Made by a program: the position numbers and the translations under genes
The notes under the pieces: generated by a model
The model's database searches: none
What the model was told of the DNA's origin: nothing
Seen by the model: only the letters and a program-made list of their open reading frames with translations
NCBI RefSeq assembly: GCF_028748185.1
Contig: NZ_CP118164.1
Coordinates: forward strand, 3,403,814-3,435,813
Reading direction: 5' to 3'
Length of the DNA: 32,000 bases
Source: Bremerella sp. P1
Lineage (GTDB): Bacteria; Planctomycetota; Planctomycetia; Pirellulales; Pirellulaceae
In this document: positions 1-8,582 of the stretch, in pieces
Layout of the letters: each line of letters starts with the position of its first letter
Position numbering within the stretch: the stretch's first letter is position 1

Positions 1-2093
1 TCGTGTCCGATTTTCGCTTTGCCACTGGGACGCAGCGGTGTGAGAGCCAGGCCTGTGTTGCCGACCAGGTGACTCAGGTCGACGATCGTTTCGCGGCGGC
101 GAATTTCTTCCATTGCCTCGTCATCCGGAGCATCGAGCATCGTCTGATTCAAGAACGGCGTCTTCGGTAGAACGTGCTTCGCAAAGAAAGCCGCGGCTAT
201 CATTCCAGCAAATAAAACCAGGATCGTACCCAACGAGTATGGTACCTGGTCCAGTTCGTAGTCGGTCGTCGGCCAGATGAATGTCTGCATGGCCAGGACG
301 ATCCCGGCAATGAACATCGCGCCTCCTCCCAAGCCAAATATCCCGAAGCCTGGCAGTACGAGAAGTTCCAGCAAGATGAAGAAGAGGCCACCGATAATCA
401 GCATGGCTTCCAGCCAGCCGGCTGTCCCGTTGAGGAATCGACTCCAGAAGAAGAGCCCAAAGCACATCACCGCCACAAACCCAGGAATGCCCACACCAGG
501 CGCTTTAAACTCGCTGATCAACGCGATCACGCCGATGAACAAGCAGAACATGGCCAAGCCTGGTCTGGCCAGGATTTCAATAAACTGGTGAGCCCAATTC
601 TGCTTGGGGATCTCTAACTCATCAGGCAGGCCGTATCGCCGGGTAACATCGGAAACGCTGCTTGCATCTGCGTCGGCGACGCCCCAATCGAGTGCCTGAG
701 TACCGGTCAATTGCAGCGGTACGTCGGGCTGGGTGATCTCAGGGCCTTGCTTCCACTGATCGGCATCGGGAAGTTCCGCCGCTTCGCGCTCGCTAAGGTA
801 TTTGGTGAGCGTGGTGCCGGGACGTTGGTAGCGGAAGACCTTCAGGTCGGGATCATTCATCGCGCCCCAGACCGACCACGAGCGACTGGCTTCGACCGAG
901 ATCTTGGACAGGTAATTCTCCAGATCAGCTCGGCCTTGCTCGGTATAGCGATAGGTCCCCTCTCCACCGAGTCTGGAATTCGGGGCAATTGCAATCTCGT
1001 CGCAGGCCATCGCAATCAGCGAAGCATTGGAGGAGGCCTCTTCGGTGATCAAAACGACCGTATGCACGGTATCCGGCAAACCGAGAAGGAAGTTGACCAT
1101 GTTCTCGCAAGCGACCGGATCGCCTCCGCGCGACTTGAGCTCGATCAGGACGAAGTTCACGCCGCGCGTGACAGAATCCTGCATGGAAAGAGAGGTTCGC
1201 TGAACCATCCGATTGGAGATCTCGCCATCCATGACGAAGCGAGCCGCTTTCCAGTCTCGGTTGAGTCCCAGGTCTTGCGTGATCTGGTTTTCAGGGATTT
1301 CTAGCAGGTCTGCCAGTTGACGATAGTTTTCACTGACGTGGCTAATCAGTTGCAGGTCTTGCCGCAGCTGATTGGCAGTGAAGAGTGCCATCTTACCCCG
1401 AGGAACGAGTTTCTCGGAAGTTGCGACCTGACCATCATCTTTCAGCTGGGTGTACTCTTCACCACTGACGAAGCGACGATCGTTCACGCGGTAGAGTTCC
1501 AAGCTTGGGTCGAGCATCCCCAACGCCAGTTGCGAGGGCAGGACATTGCGGAACCCGGCGATCTCTTCGTAGGCATGTCGCATCGTGTTGGAAATCGCGG
1601 CTTCGTCGATTCCGGCGTTGCCGAGTTCCGCATCCGGATGCATTACGATCTGTTCGCATGCCAACGGAACGAGAACGGCATGCCCCTCGATCGGCCCCTT
1701 CAGATAAGCAACCGTCTTGAGCCGGGTCGCCTCTTTGGAAGTCAGAAAGCGCGCGATCGCCAGGCTGCGTTCAAATTCGCTGCCGCGCGACTGACCATCC
1801 GGGTCGGCTTCCAGTTCGAGAATCACGACCGGGCGCTCATCCTTGTCCGTGAGCCGAGAGACGAGCTTCTGAAGGCTCTTCTTAACATCGGTATCCACGG
1901 TGCCGCTGATCGGCAACGGAATCTTCAGGCGGACACCCTTTAGCTTCGGGGCCGCCCCTTGATTGGCCTGGTCCTTCTTCTCAGCGGCAAGTTCGTCCTG
2001 TTGGGACAGCACTGCCGAGGGGGACACTATGACTAGAGCCAGGAGCAGAAAAGCTTCTGCCCACCAGATCCAGGTGCCGCGAGCTTTCAACAT
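1..2093 (-). CDS. NfeD-like membrane-bound ClpP-class serine protease with two tandem protease-like modules; 3' end cut by window edge
   Basis: This gene is absent from the ORF track because it has no stop codon in the window. My own reverse-complement translation from the ATG at 2093..2091 stays open to position 1 (about 697 codons). The N-terminus MLKARGTWIWWAEAFLLLALVIVSPSAVLSQQ is a signal or anchor. Two ClpP/NfeD-N-like modules follow, the second reading ELKSRGGDPVACENMVNFLL...EEASSNASLIAMACDEIAIAPNSRLGGEG. Several hydrophobic helices come next (GLAMFCLFIGVIALISEF, FVAVMCFGLFFW, MLIIGGLFFILLELLVLPGFGIFGLGGGAMFIAGIVLAM). The start of the NfeD C-terminal OB motif is also present (GLALTPLRPSGKAKIGH). 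The plus-strand ORFs at 711..1304 and 1317..1943 are Arg/Gly-rich shadow frames. Confidence 0.75.
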   Translation of the reverse strand, partial: MLKARGTWIWWAEAFLLLALVIVSPSAVLSQQDELAAEKKDQANQGAAPKLKGVRLKIPLPISGTVDTDVKKSLQKLVSRLTDKDERPVVILELEADPDGQSRGSEFERSLAIARFLTSKEATRLKTVAYLKGPIEGHAVLVPLACEQIVMHPDAELGNAGIDEAAISNTMRHAYEEIAGFRNVLPSQLALGMLDPSLELYRVNDRRFVSGEEYTQLKDDGQVATSEKLVPRGKMALFTANQLRQDLQLISHVSENYRQLADLLEIPENQITQDLGLNRDWKAARFVMDGEISNRMVQRTSLSMQDSVTRGVNFVLIELKSRGGDPVACENMVNFLLGLPDTVHTVVLITEEASSNASLIAMACDEIAIAPNSRLGGEGTYRYTEQGRADLENYLSKISVEASRSWSVWGAMNDPDLKVFRYQRPGTTLTKYLSEREAAELPDADQWKQGPEITQPDVPLQLTGTQALDWGVADADASSVSDVTRRYGLPDELEIPKQNWAHQFIEILARPGLAMFCLFIGVIALISEFKAPGVGIPGFVAVMCFGLFFWSRFLNGTAGWLEAMLIIGGLFFILLELLVLPGFGIFGLGGGAMFIAGIVLAMQTFIWPTTDYELDQVPYSLGTILVLFAGMIAAAFFAKHVLPKTPFLNQTMLDAPDDEAMEEIRRRETIVDLSHLVGNTGLALTPLRPSGKAKIGH

Positions 2094-2186
2094 CCGGGGA
2101 CCTATCTACGCAGGAAATGAGCGCTAGAACTAGCGTTCCTATTCTTAGATAACTGAATTATAGCGCGTGACGAAACAGGGCAAAAG

Positions 2187-2232
2187 AAAATCCACCTTTC
2201 CGATTCATGAAGTAATCGAGAAGGTGGATTTT
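2187..2232 (-). terminator. Rho-independent terminator candidate downstream of the 2266..3318 gene
   Basis: A perfect 12-bp stem pairs aaaatccacctt (2187-2198) with aaggtggatttt (2221-2232). An inner 5-bp stem pairs cgatt with aatcg. On the minus strand the hairpin is followed by cttttg. It lies 34 nt after the stop codon. Confidence 0.55.
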
Positions 2233-2265
2233 GTGCGAATTAAGGCGATTTAGGCGGAATACACT

Positions 2266-3318
2266 TTAGCGAGGAATCGCCTGATTGGGACGAACCGCGT
2301 TGGCGGGTCCTTGCGGCTGTTGCTGAGCCCCAGGCGTCTGCTGAACGACTCGCTGCCAACCGCTGGGCAGTTGCGGCTGGTAGAACGAGCGTTTGAACAT
2401 CGCCTGCAGGCTGGCCGTCAGGCCTCCTTCTTCGTACGTCTTACGATCCGAAAACTGGTAGACCGTTCGCGAGTAGTTCGGCATGTTCGGTGGCGTGGCA
2501 TTCGGATTGTAGTTCCGGTCAAACACCGAGATGGCAAACGGCAGGAATTCTTCCCGATCGATCAGGATATCGATGTAGCGGTACTCGGCGGCATCTTGAG
2601 GACGCTTTGGCCATGCTTCCAGCCAGTATTCGTTGGGGTTGTTTGTTTGGTAAGGGGAGACACGTAGATGAAAGCGTTCTTTGATCTCTTCCTTTTTGGC
2701 ACCAAACAAAAATGGCAGAGGGCCATTGGTGATCGCCTGACCTTGTTGTTCTGGCGGTAGCGGCCAGATTTTCAGCTGCTTGGCAGCGACATCAAACTCG
2801 AAGATCGAAGCACCATCACAAACCCAGTGTTCCAGGACTTCGCTGGGACGGAACTCGTAGGTCGCCGGCTTGCCAGCTTCTTTGGCCGGCGTGAAATGCT
2901 GGATCGATTCGACTTTGAACAAGCCTTTGTCAGGCTGCTCGTACTTGATGGTGCCTTTGCTGTAGGTCTTGTGTGTATTGGCAGGGCCGAAGACCGAATC
3001 ATACTCCCAACGTTCAAAGTTAGCTTCGTAGTGATTGACCTTCTTACTGCGGAATTCCCAGAACTGCAGGATGTCGTCGATGTACTTCTGTTCCTGCGGA
3101 GTGACCTGGAACGGAGCCGGAATCATCTGGCCTTGGCCGGCTTGGGCCTGACCGCCAACCATGCCTGGCTGAAGATTCTGTTGCTGCGGATTGACCTGCT
3201 GCCCATTCTGGGCCAGTCCCAGAGGTTGGCCGGTGCCAGATTGAACCTGGGCAAAGCTGTTGCTGCTGACGAGGCCAACCATGGCCATGCACGCCGCGAG
3301 GAAGATTCCATTCTTCAT
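2266..3318 (-). CDS. Secreted Gln-rich protein with LolA-like (TIGR03009-type) domain
   Basis: This uses the ORF-track frame 2266..3351. I prefer the ATG at 3318, which gives a Sec signal MKNGIFLAACMAMVGLVSSNSFAQ, over the upstream GTG at 3351. A Gln/Gly/Pro low-complexity stretch follows the signal (QNGQQVNPQQQNLQPGMVGGQAQAGQGQ) and recurs at the C-terminus (QQTPGAQQQPQGP). The central region QEQKYIDDILQFWEFRSKKVNHYEANFERWEY...GTIKYEQPDKGLFKVE resembles the LolA-like TIGR03009 family seen in Planctomycetes; this is recalled, not searched. Confidence 0.7.
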   Translation of the reverse strand: MKNGIFLAACMAMVGLVSSNSFAQVQSGTGQPLGLAQNGQQVNPQQQNLQPGMVGGQAQAGQGQMIPAPFQVTPQEQKYIDDILQFWEFRSKKVNHYEANFERWEYDSVFGPANTHKTYSKGTIKYEQPDKGLFKVESIQHFTPAKEAGKPATYEFRPSEVLEHWVCDGASIFEFDVAAKQLKIWPLPPEQQGQAITNGPLPFLFGAKKEEIKERFHLRVSPYQTNNPNEYWLEAWPKRPQDAAEYRYIDILIDREEFLPFAISVFDRNYNPNATPPNMPNYSRTVYQFSDRKTYEEGGLTASLQAMFKRSFYQPQLPSGWQRVVQQTPGAQQQPQGPANAVRPNQAIPR

Positions 3319-3414
3319 CGAGGATTTCCGCTTTTGAGGGGGACCAAACACGACTGGGATGCCCCAGCCGATGGGGAAACGAGCCTGGATCGTATCACAT
3401 TGCCTGCATGCGAC

Positions 3415-4032
3415 CTAGATCGAATCTTCCCGCGGAGCTAGCAGGTGATAAAGCTCGTCGAAATGGGTCGCAACGTGCGTGGCAAGCTCGCTGCCGTCTA
3501 CGCTCGCGGGGTCTTTTCCTTCGGTAAAGAGAACGCTCGGACAGCCGGCGTTAATGGCCGATTGAATGTCGAGATCGTAGTCTCCCACCATCACGACCTC
3601 GTCGACGGTGAACTTCCAGCGGCGACAAATCTCGAGGATCGCCCACGGGTCAGGTTTGTGGGGGCCATCTTCCCGGCAGATGACGATGTCGAAGTAGTGT
3701 CCAATATTTAGAAACTTTAATGTGTGCCGAGTGGTCGCCGTACTGTTGCGTGTTACGATCGCCATCGGTCGACCCTCTCGAGCTAAAGCTTTCAGCAAGC
3801 GATCGGCTCCATCGATTATCGAGGCCCGGTTTGCACCCTCCATCTCATGGCGATGAAGAATCACTTCTTTCGCTGCTCGCTCGTCTTGGGACAGTTCGTC
3901 CAACTGCTCTAAGATAGGAATGCCAGGCTGCAGCCCCATATCGGCCTTCATTGCGGAAAAGTCGAGACCCGAATCGACCAGGGTCCCGTCCATATCGAAG
4001 ATGATGCCTTTGAGATGGGAAAGTGCCGTCAT
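3415..4032 (-). CDS. HAD-superfamily hydrolase (subfamily IA phosphatase, phosphoglycolate-phosphatase-like)
   Basis: The HAD motifs are present: motif I is IIFDMDGTLVDS, motif II is IVTRNS, and motifs III/IV are K...MVGDYDLDIQSAINAG. The product is 205 aa, a typical size. Confidence 0.85.
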   Translation of the reverse strand: MTALSHLKGIIFDMDGTLVDSGLDFSAMKADMGLQPGIPILEQLDELSQDERAAKEVILHRHEMEGANRASIIDGADRLLKALAREGRPMAIVTRNSTATTRHTLKFLNIGHYFDIVICREDGPHKPDPWAILEICRRWKFTVDEVVMVGDYDLDIQSAINAGCPSVLFTEGKDPASVDGSELATHVATHFDELYHLLAPREDSI

Positions 4033-4119
4033 GGTGAGTTGCTGTACTGCGAGTGTATGTAAAGAATCATGTTCCCTCGCCCGCTAGGGACAAGGCCATA
4101 AGACTTGAAAGGAAACTCT

Positions 4120-5115
4120 GTGGAAGTTGCTGTCTTTGGAACGAAATCGTACGACCGTCAGTTTCTCCAGGCAGCGGCCCATGGGACCGATATCGAGTGG
4201 AGTTTTATTGAGCCTCGTCTGACGGAGACCACGGCACCCTTGGCCTCCCCTTTCGAGGCGATCTGCTGTTTCGTCAACGACGAGATCTCCGCAGGTGTGC
4301 TGCAAAAGTTGGCCGACGGGAAAACCAAACTAATCGCGATGCGCTGTGCCGGCTACAACAACATTGACCTGCCCGTGGCTCAGCAGCTGGGGATCCAAGT
4401 TGCTCGAGTCCCGGCATACAGCCCTTACGCTGTCGCTGAACATGCCGCTGGTTTAATCCTGACGCTCAACCGTAAATACCACAAGGCGTACAACCGAGTT
4501 CGTGAAGGGGATTTCTCGCTGGGCGGTCTGCTGGGCTTTGATCTACATGGCAAAACGGTCGGCGTGATTGGTACCGGCAAGATTGGCCAGATTTTCGCCC
4601 GGATCATGCACGGATTCGGGTGTGAACTGCTCGCTTACGATGTCCATCCGGCAGAGGAATGTCAGAAGCTCGGTGTGAAGTATGAAGCCCTGGAAGAGGT
4701 GCTTGCCCAAAGCGATATTATCTCGCTGCACTGTCCGCTGCTGCCGGCGACCAAGCATTTGATCGACGACCAGGCGATTGCCAAGCTGAAACCAGGGGCC
4801 ATGATCATCAACACCAGTCGCGGCGGCCTGATCGATACCAAAGCCGCGATCGGTGGTCTGAAGTCTGGTCAGATTGGCTCGCTGGGTATCGACGTCTACG
4901 AAGAAGAAGCCGACCTGTTCTTCGAGGACATGTCGGAGTCGGTTATTCAAGACGACGTTTTTGCCCGGCTGGTGACGTTTCCCAATGTCCTTGTGACCGG
5001 TCACCAGGGCTTCTTCACGCAAAACGCTTTGGAGGCGATCGCCAATGTGACGGTCGAAAATTTGAAGCAGTTCTCCGCCGGCGAAAACCTGGCCAATCAG
5101 GTGAAGGTGAGCTAG
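4120..5115 (+). CDS. ldhA: D-lactate dehydrogenase / D-isomer-specific 2-hydroxyacid dehydrogenase
   Basis: The product is collinear along its full length with E. coli LdhA as I recall it: VAVFGTKSYDRQFL, RCAGYNNIDL, VPAYSPYAVAEHA, the GKTVGVIGTGKIG NAD-binding site, ISLHCPL, NTSRGGLID, GIDVYEEEADLFFED and VTGHQGFFT. The track starts at a TTG at 4105. I prefer the GTG at 4120, which has AAGGA 6-10 nt upstream and gives an LdhA-like N-terminus. Confidence 0.9.
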   Translation: MEVAVFGTKSYDRQFLQAAAHGTDIEWSFIEPRLTETTAPLASPFEAICCFVNDEISAGVLQKLADGKTKLIAMRCAGYNNIDLPVAQQLGIQVARVPAYSPYAVAEHAAGLILTLNRKYHKAYNRVREGDFSLGGLLGFDLHGKTVGVIGTGKIGQIFARIMHGFGCELLAYDVHPAEECQKLGVKYEALEEVLAQSDIISLHCPLLPATKHLIDDQAIAKLKPGAMIINTSRGGLIDTKAAIGGLKSGQIGSLGIDVYEEEADLFFEDMSESVIQDDVFARLVTFPNVLVTGHQGFFTQNALEAIANVTVENLKQFSAGENLANQVKVS

Positions 5116-5126
5116 TTACGCGGCAT

Positions 5127-5597
5127 TCAGAGGATCACGCTGGCCAGCTTCAGTATCGCATCGAACTCTTTCTTCTTCACCGGCTGAACCGAAAGGCGCG
5201 AGCCTTTGCGCATGAGCTCCATGTCGGAAAGTGCCTTCACGCCGGTAAGTTCATTACGCCCCAGCGGTTCGGGGAACTTCTTTTTAAGCTTGATATCGAC
5301 CATGAACCACCGCGGCTTCTCTGGGGTGCTCTTTGGGTCGTAGTGGTGGTCGTTTTCGTCCCAAGAGGTGAAGTCGGGATAGCTTTCCTTCACCACTTCC
5401 GCCACGCCGACAATCGCCGGTGGGTTGGCATTGGAGTGGTAGAAGAGCACCAGGTCCCCCTTCTTCATGTCGTCTCGCATGAAATTCCGGGCCTGGTAAT
5501 TGCGTACACCGGACCAGAAGGTGGTCTTCTTCTTTTCCTTGGCCAGATCATCGATCGAGTACGATTCTGGCTCCGTTTTCATTAACCAGTAATTCAT
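5127..5597 (-). CDS. EVE (PUA-like) domain protein
   Basis: The N-terminus MNYWLMKTEPESYSIDDL and the segments GVRNYQARNFMRDDMKKGDLVLFYHS and AIVGVAEVVKESYPD are the canonical stand-alone EVE/DUF55 pattern. The product is 156 aa. Confidence 0.85.
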   Translation of the reverse strand: MNYWLMKTEPESYSIDDLAKEKKKTTFWSGVRNYQARNFMRDDMKKGDLVLFYHSNANPPAIVGVAEVVKESYPDFTSWDENDHHYDPKSTPEKPRWFMVDIKLKKKFPEPLGRNELTGVKALSDMELMRKGSRLSVQPVKKKEFDAILKLASVIL

Positions 5598-5784
5598 CGT
5601 TTGGTGCTATCACTTGGAGATTGGGCCGCGAATGCCGGCAGTTTTCATGTTTTATCCGGAACCGATAGAATAAACGACTCGACCATTGTTTGTCATGGGG
5701 CGCAAGCCGAGGTTGACTCACGCTCGACAATTCGGGAAAACGTCGCTCCCACTCCCTTCGTGGTCCCCTTAAGAGCTATCCCCG

Positions 5785-6693
5785 TTGAAAAGCAGGACGC
5801 AAAAAAGCGACGAAGTCTTAGCCATCCCCATGTTTGTGGCGACGGTGGCGATCCTTTCGTTCTTTGCGCTCACCGTCCAGGAGTTCATGACGCGGGAAGA
5901 GCATTTCTATGTCCCGCGGCTGATGGCCTTCTTCTGGCTGACGCTGGCCATGTACCCGATTTTTTGGGCGGAATCACTCTGGCACTTTGCGATCGATAGT
6001 CCTCGCAAATGGAAAACGCTCTACGCATGTGTCCTGCCACCACTGCGATTGGCCCGGCGAGACATGGAGGATGGCTCTCGGATGTGGCTGCCCATTTTGG
6101 GATGGCGACACATCGATGAAGACCTGCACGAAGAGGTCGAACGAGACCTGAGCGTGCCGATGATTATCGTGGCTGTCATGATCCTTCCGCTGCTGGCAAT
6201 GGATTTCGTATGGACCGCGCAGCTCGAGCGTTCGCGTGAATTGCAAATCGTGGTCGAGACAGGCTACAGCATCACTTGGCTGGCATTCACGATGGAATTC
6301 ATCGTGATGTTCTCGATCGTCGACAAGAAGATGCTTTACTTGAAGACCCATTGGGTCGACTTGCTCATTATCTGTCTGCCGCTGATCGCCTTTCTCCGGG
6401 CCTTCCGCGTTACCCAACTTGTGCGTCTGCAGCAGGTAACTCGAGCGACGCGTGTCTACCGGATGCGTGGCCTGGCGCTGCGTGTGTGGCGAGGACTCTT
6501 GGCGATGGACGTGATCAGTCGCCTGGCGCGTATGACGCCCGAGGCGAAGATCGAAACGCTGAAGAAGATGATCCAGGAGAAGGAACGCGAGATCGAAGAC
6601 CTCGAAGAGGAGATCACCGATCTGGAAACGCAGATCCAGCCGAAGCCTGAGGACGAGGCCGCTCAGGAAATCCGCGAGGGGGAAGCGGCCTAG
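5785..6693 (+). CDS. Membrane protein with voltage-sensor-like domain (S1-S4) and C-terminal coiled coil; no pore module
   Basis: There are five to six hydrophobic helices. The S4-like segment has R205-R208-Q211-R214-Q217-R220-R223-R226, a basic or Gln residue at every third position. Acidic residues sit in the preceding helices (D140, E171 within FTMEF, D192 within WVDLLII). The C-terminus IETLKKMIQEKEREIEDLEEEITDLETQI is a heptad-type coiled coil. The start is uncertain: TTG at 5785 or ATG at 5830. Confidence 0.65.
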   Translation: MKSRTQKSDEVLAIPMFVATVAILSFFALTVQEFMTREEHFYVPRLMAFFWLTLAMYPIFWAESLWHFAIDSPRKWKTLYACVLPPLRLARRDMEDGSRMWLPILGWRHIDEDLHEEVERDLSVPMIIVAVMILPLLAMDFVWTAQLERSRELQIVVETGYSITWLAFTMEFIVMFSIVDKKMLYLKTHWVDLLIICLPLIAFLRAFRVTQLVRLQQVTRATRVYRMRGLALRVWRGLLAMDVISRLARMTPEAKIETLKKMIQEKEREIEDLEEEITDLETQIQPKPEDEAAQEIREGEAA

Positions 6694-6746
6694 GGGTTTT
6701 CAATCGAAGCAATAGCAACCACGCGCATCCGCGGCTGCTTCGCCTG

Positions 6747-7439
6747 TTACTTTTCTTTGAGCGGCGACTTGTCGAGTTCTTCCTTGCCGTCCAGCTCACG
6801 CAGACGAATGCTACGGTACCAGACTGGGTCGCCGTGATCTTGAAGCTTTAGCTTCGCTCCACGATCAGCAAGCTTGGCGCCACGCTTTCTCAGCTTTTCC
6901 ACCTGTTGGGCAAGCTCGGGATTGGTGTAGTCGATGTCGACGACTTTCTCGCCGTTGAGCCAATGCTGGATGACGGTACCCTGGCAGACGATTCGCCCGG
7001 TGTTCCACTGGCCCGGCTCTTTGGTGGCATCATGCGAAGGCGCGATGCAGTAGTAGAGAGATGCGGCGGACGTGTCAGGCGTCTTGCCGTCACGATGCTT
7101 CTGGTTGTCGAGAATCTGGTACTCGTACTGACCAGGTCGATAGTAAACCCCGCTATTGCTGCCTGGAGCGACTTTCCACTCGAAGCGAAGTTCGAAGTCG
7201 TCTGGGATGGGCTTCACGTCGTAGATGATATCGCCGCCGCGGCCCGTTCGTTCGATAACGCCGTCGGTGGCCTTCCAATTGCCGTTCTGCTTCCAGCCTT
7301 CGAGGTCTGCTCCGTTGAAGAGTAGCTCGAAGCCTTGAGCTTTCTCATCGGGAGTTAGGTGGTTGGCTTCCTCGGCGCACAGCAGTGCCGTGGAGGCAGC
7401 GGTAAGGATCAGGGAAAGACACAAGCTAAGTCGATGCAT
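6747..7439 (-). CDS. Secreted DUF1080 (3-keto-disaccharide hydrolase-like) domain protein
   Basis: I chose the start at ATG 7439 (cat at 7437-7439) because it gives the signal peptide MHRLSLCLSLILTAASTALLCAEE. DUF1080 hallmarks are LFNGADLEGWKQNGNWKATDGVI, DFELRFEWKVAPGSNSGVYYR, QILDN, WNTGRIVCQG, IQHWLNG and LQDHGDPVWYRSIRLREL. Confidence 0.85.
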   Translation of the reverse strand: MHRLSLCLSLILTAASTALLCAEEANHLTPDEKAQGFELLFNGADLEGWKQNGNWKATDGVIERTGRGGDIIYDVKPIPDDFELRFEWKVAPGSNSGVYYRPGQYEYQILDNQKHRDGKTPDTSAASLYYCIAPSHDATKEPGQWNTGRIVCQGTVIQHWLNGEKVVDIDYTNPELAQQVEKLRKRGAKLADRGAKLKLQDHGDPVWYRSIRLRELDGKEELDKSPLKEK

Positions 7440-7518
7440 GGGTGGGACCTTCTTGAAGTGAGTAGGAGTAGGCGTCACTTGGGACGACTCGCAAAACCTC
7501 ACGAAGATCCCAAATGCA

Positions 7519-8376
7519 TTAGCTCATGGTATGTTCCACGAAAAGCGCTTTCAACTTTCTGGTAATCGGGCCAGGCTTGCCGTCGCCGATTTCACGGTCG
7601 TCGACCTTCACCACACCAATCACTTCCGCGGCCGTACCGGTCATGAAGCACTCGTCAGCAACGTAGATGTCGTGACGGGTGAGCGTCTTCTCGAAGGTCG
7701 GAATACCGGCTGCTTGGGCCAATTCCAGGACGACATCGCGGGTGACGCCTTCCAGAATGCCGGCGTCGGTCGGTGGCGTCAGTAGGTTGCCGTCACGGAC
7801 GATGAAGATGTTATCCGCTGTGCACTCGGAAACTTCACCCTTGTGATTCAGCATCAAGGCTTCCAGGCAACCTGCGTTGCTGGCTTCGATCTTGGCCATG
7901 ATGTTGTTTAAGTAGTTCAGCGACTTGATCCGCGGCGAGAGGGCTGCTGGATGGTTGCGGATGGTCGCGGCCGTGATGATGGCCAATCCGTTGTCGTAGA
8001 ACTCTTGGGGGTAGAGCTTGATCTTGTCGACGATGATGATCACCTGGGGGTTTTCGGTTCGTTCAGGACCGAGCCCCAGCGTACCGGCACCACGCGTGAC
8101 GACCAATCGAATGTACCCATCGGTGAATTCGCTTTGCTTGACCGTTTCCAGGCAGGCCTCGGTGATTTCAGCCGTCGTCATCGGGATTTTCAGACAGATG
8201 GCCTTCGCCGAGTCGTAAAGCCGATCGATATGCTGTTCTAGGCGAAAGATCTTGCCGTTGTAGATCCGCAGACCTTCAAATACCCCGTCCCCGTACAACA
8301 GGCCATGATCAAAAACACTGACCATGGCTTCGTTGGGGGCGAAAAACTTCCCGTTGATATAGACTTTCGCGGACAT
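7519..8376 (-). CDS. ilvE: Branched-chain amino acid aminotransferase (class IV, short form)
   Basis: The segment VYINGKFFAPNEAMVSVFDHGLLYGDGVFEGLRIYNGKIFRLEQHIDRLYDSAKAI is typical of IlvE. I prefer the start at ATG 8376. The upstream ATG at 8421 is embedded in a minus-strand TATAAT hexamer (8420-8425) that could be the -10 box. Confidence 0.85.
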   Translation of the reverse strand: MSAKVYINGKFFAPNEAMVSVFDHGLLYGDGVFEGLRIYNGKIFRLEQHIDRLYDSAKAICLKIPMTTAEITEACLETVKQSEFTDGYIRLVVTRGAGTLGLGPERTENPQVIIIVDKIKLYPQEFYDNGLAIITAATIRNHPAALSPRIKSLNYLNNIMAKIEASNAGCLEALMLNHKGEVSECTADNIFIVRDGNLLTPPTDAGILEGVTRDVVLELAQAAGIPTFEKTLTRHDIYVADECFMTGTAAEVIGVVKVDDREIGDGKPGPITRKLKALFVEHTMS

Positions 8377-8570
8377 GGGTATCTTACTGGGAGATTCGGG
8401 GTGTGGGGTGGAAACTCGCATTATACCCTAATCCTATGATGTTGCCCTAGAGCCCCCTGAGGGTCTCCCAGCCGGGAGTATTAAACTTCATACTTCCAGC
8501 AGACAGTCGAATTAGGGCGAGGTTCAGGACCTGCCAGAGTTTTGATAGAAAGAGCTGCCGTGGCCCAATA

Positions 8571-8579
8571 GGGGGGGGG
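8571..8579. repeat. G9 homopolymer (C9 on the minus strand) just 3' of the adk stop codon
   Basis: I counted this directly: gggggggggt begins at 8571. The tract is non-coding and sits between adk and ilvE. Confidence 0.9.
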
Positions 8580-8582
8580 TGG

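Noticed and set aside
711-1943. Plus-strand ORFs of 197 aa and 208 aa at the left end.
   Set aside because: They are antisense to the continuous NfeD-like frame, which reads as a real protein for about 697 codons. The plus-strand translations are Arg/Gly/Asp-rich without motifs.
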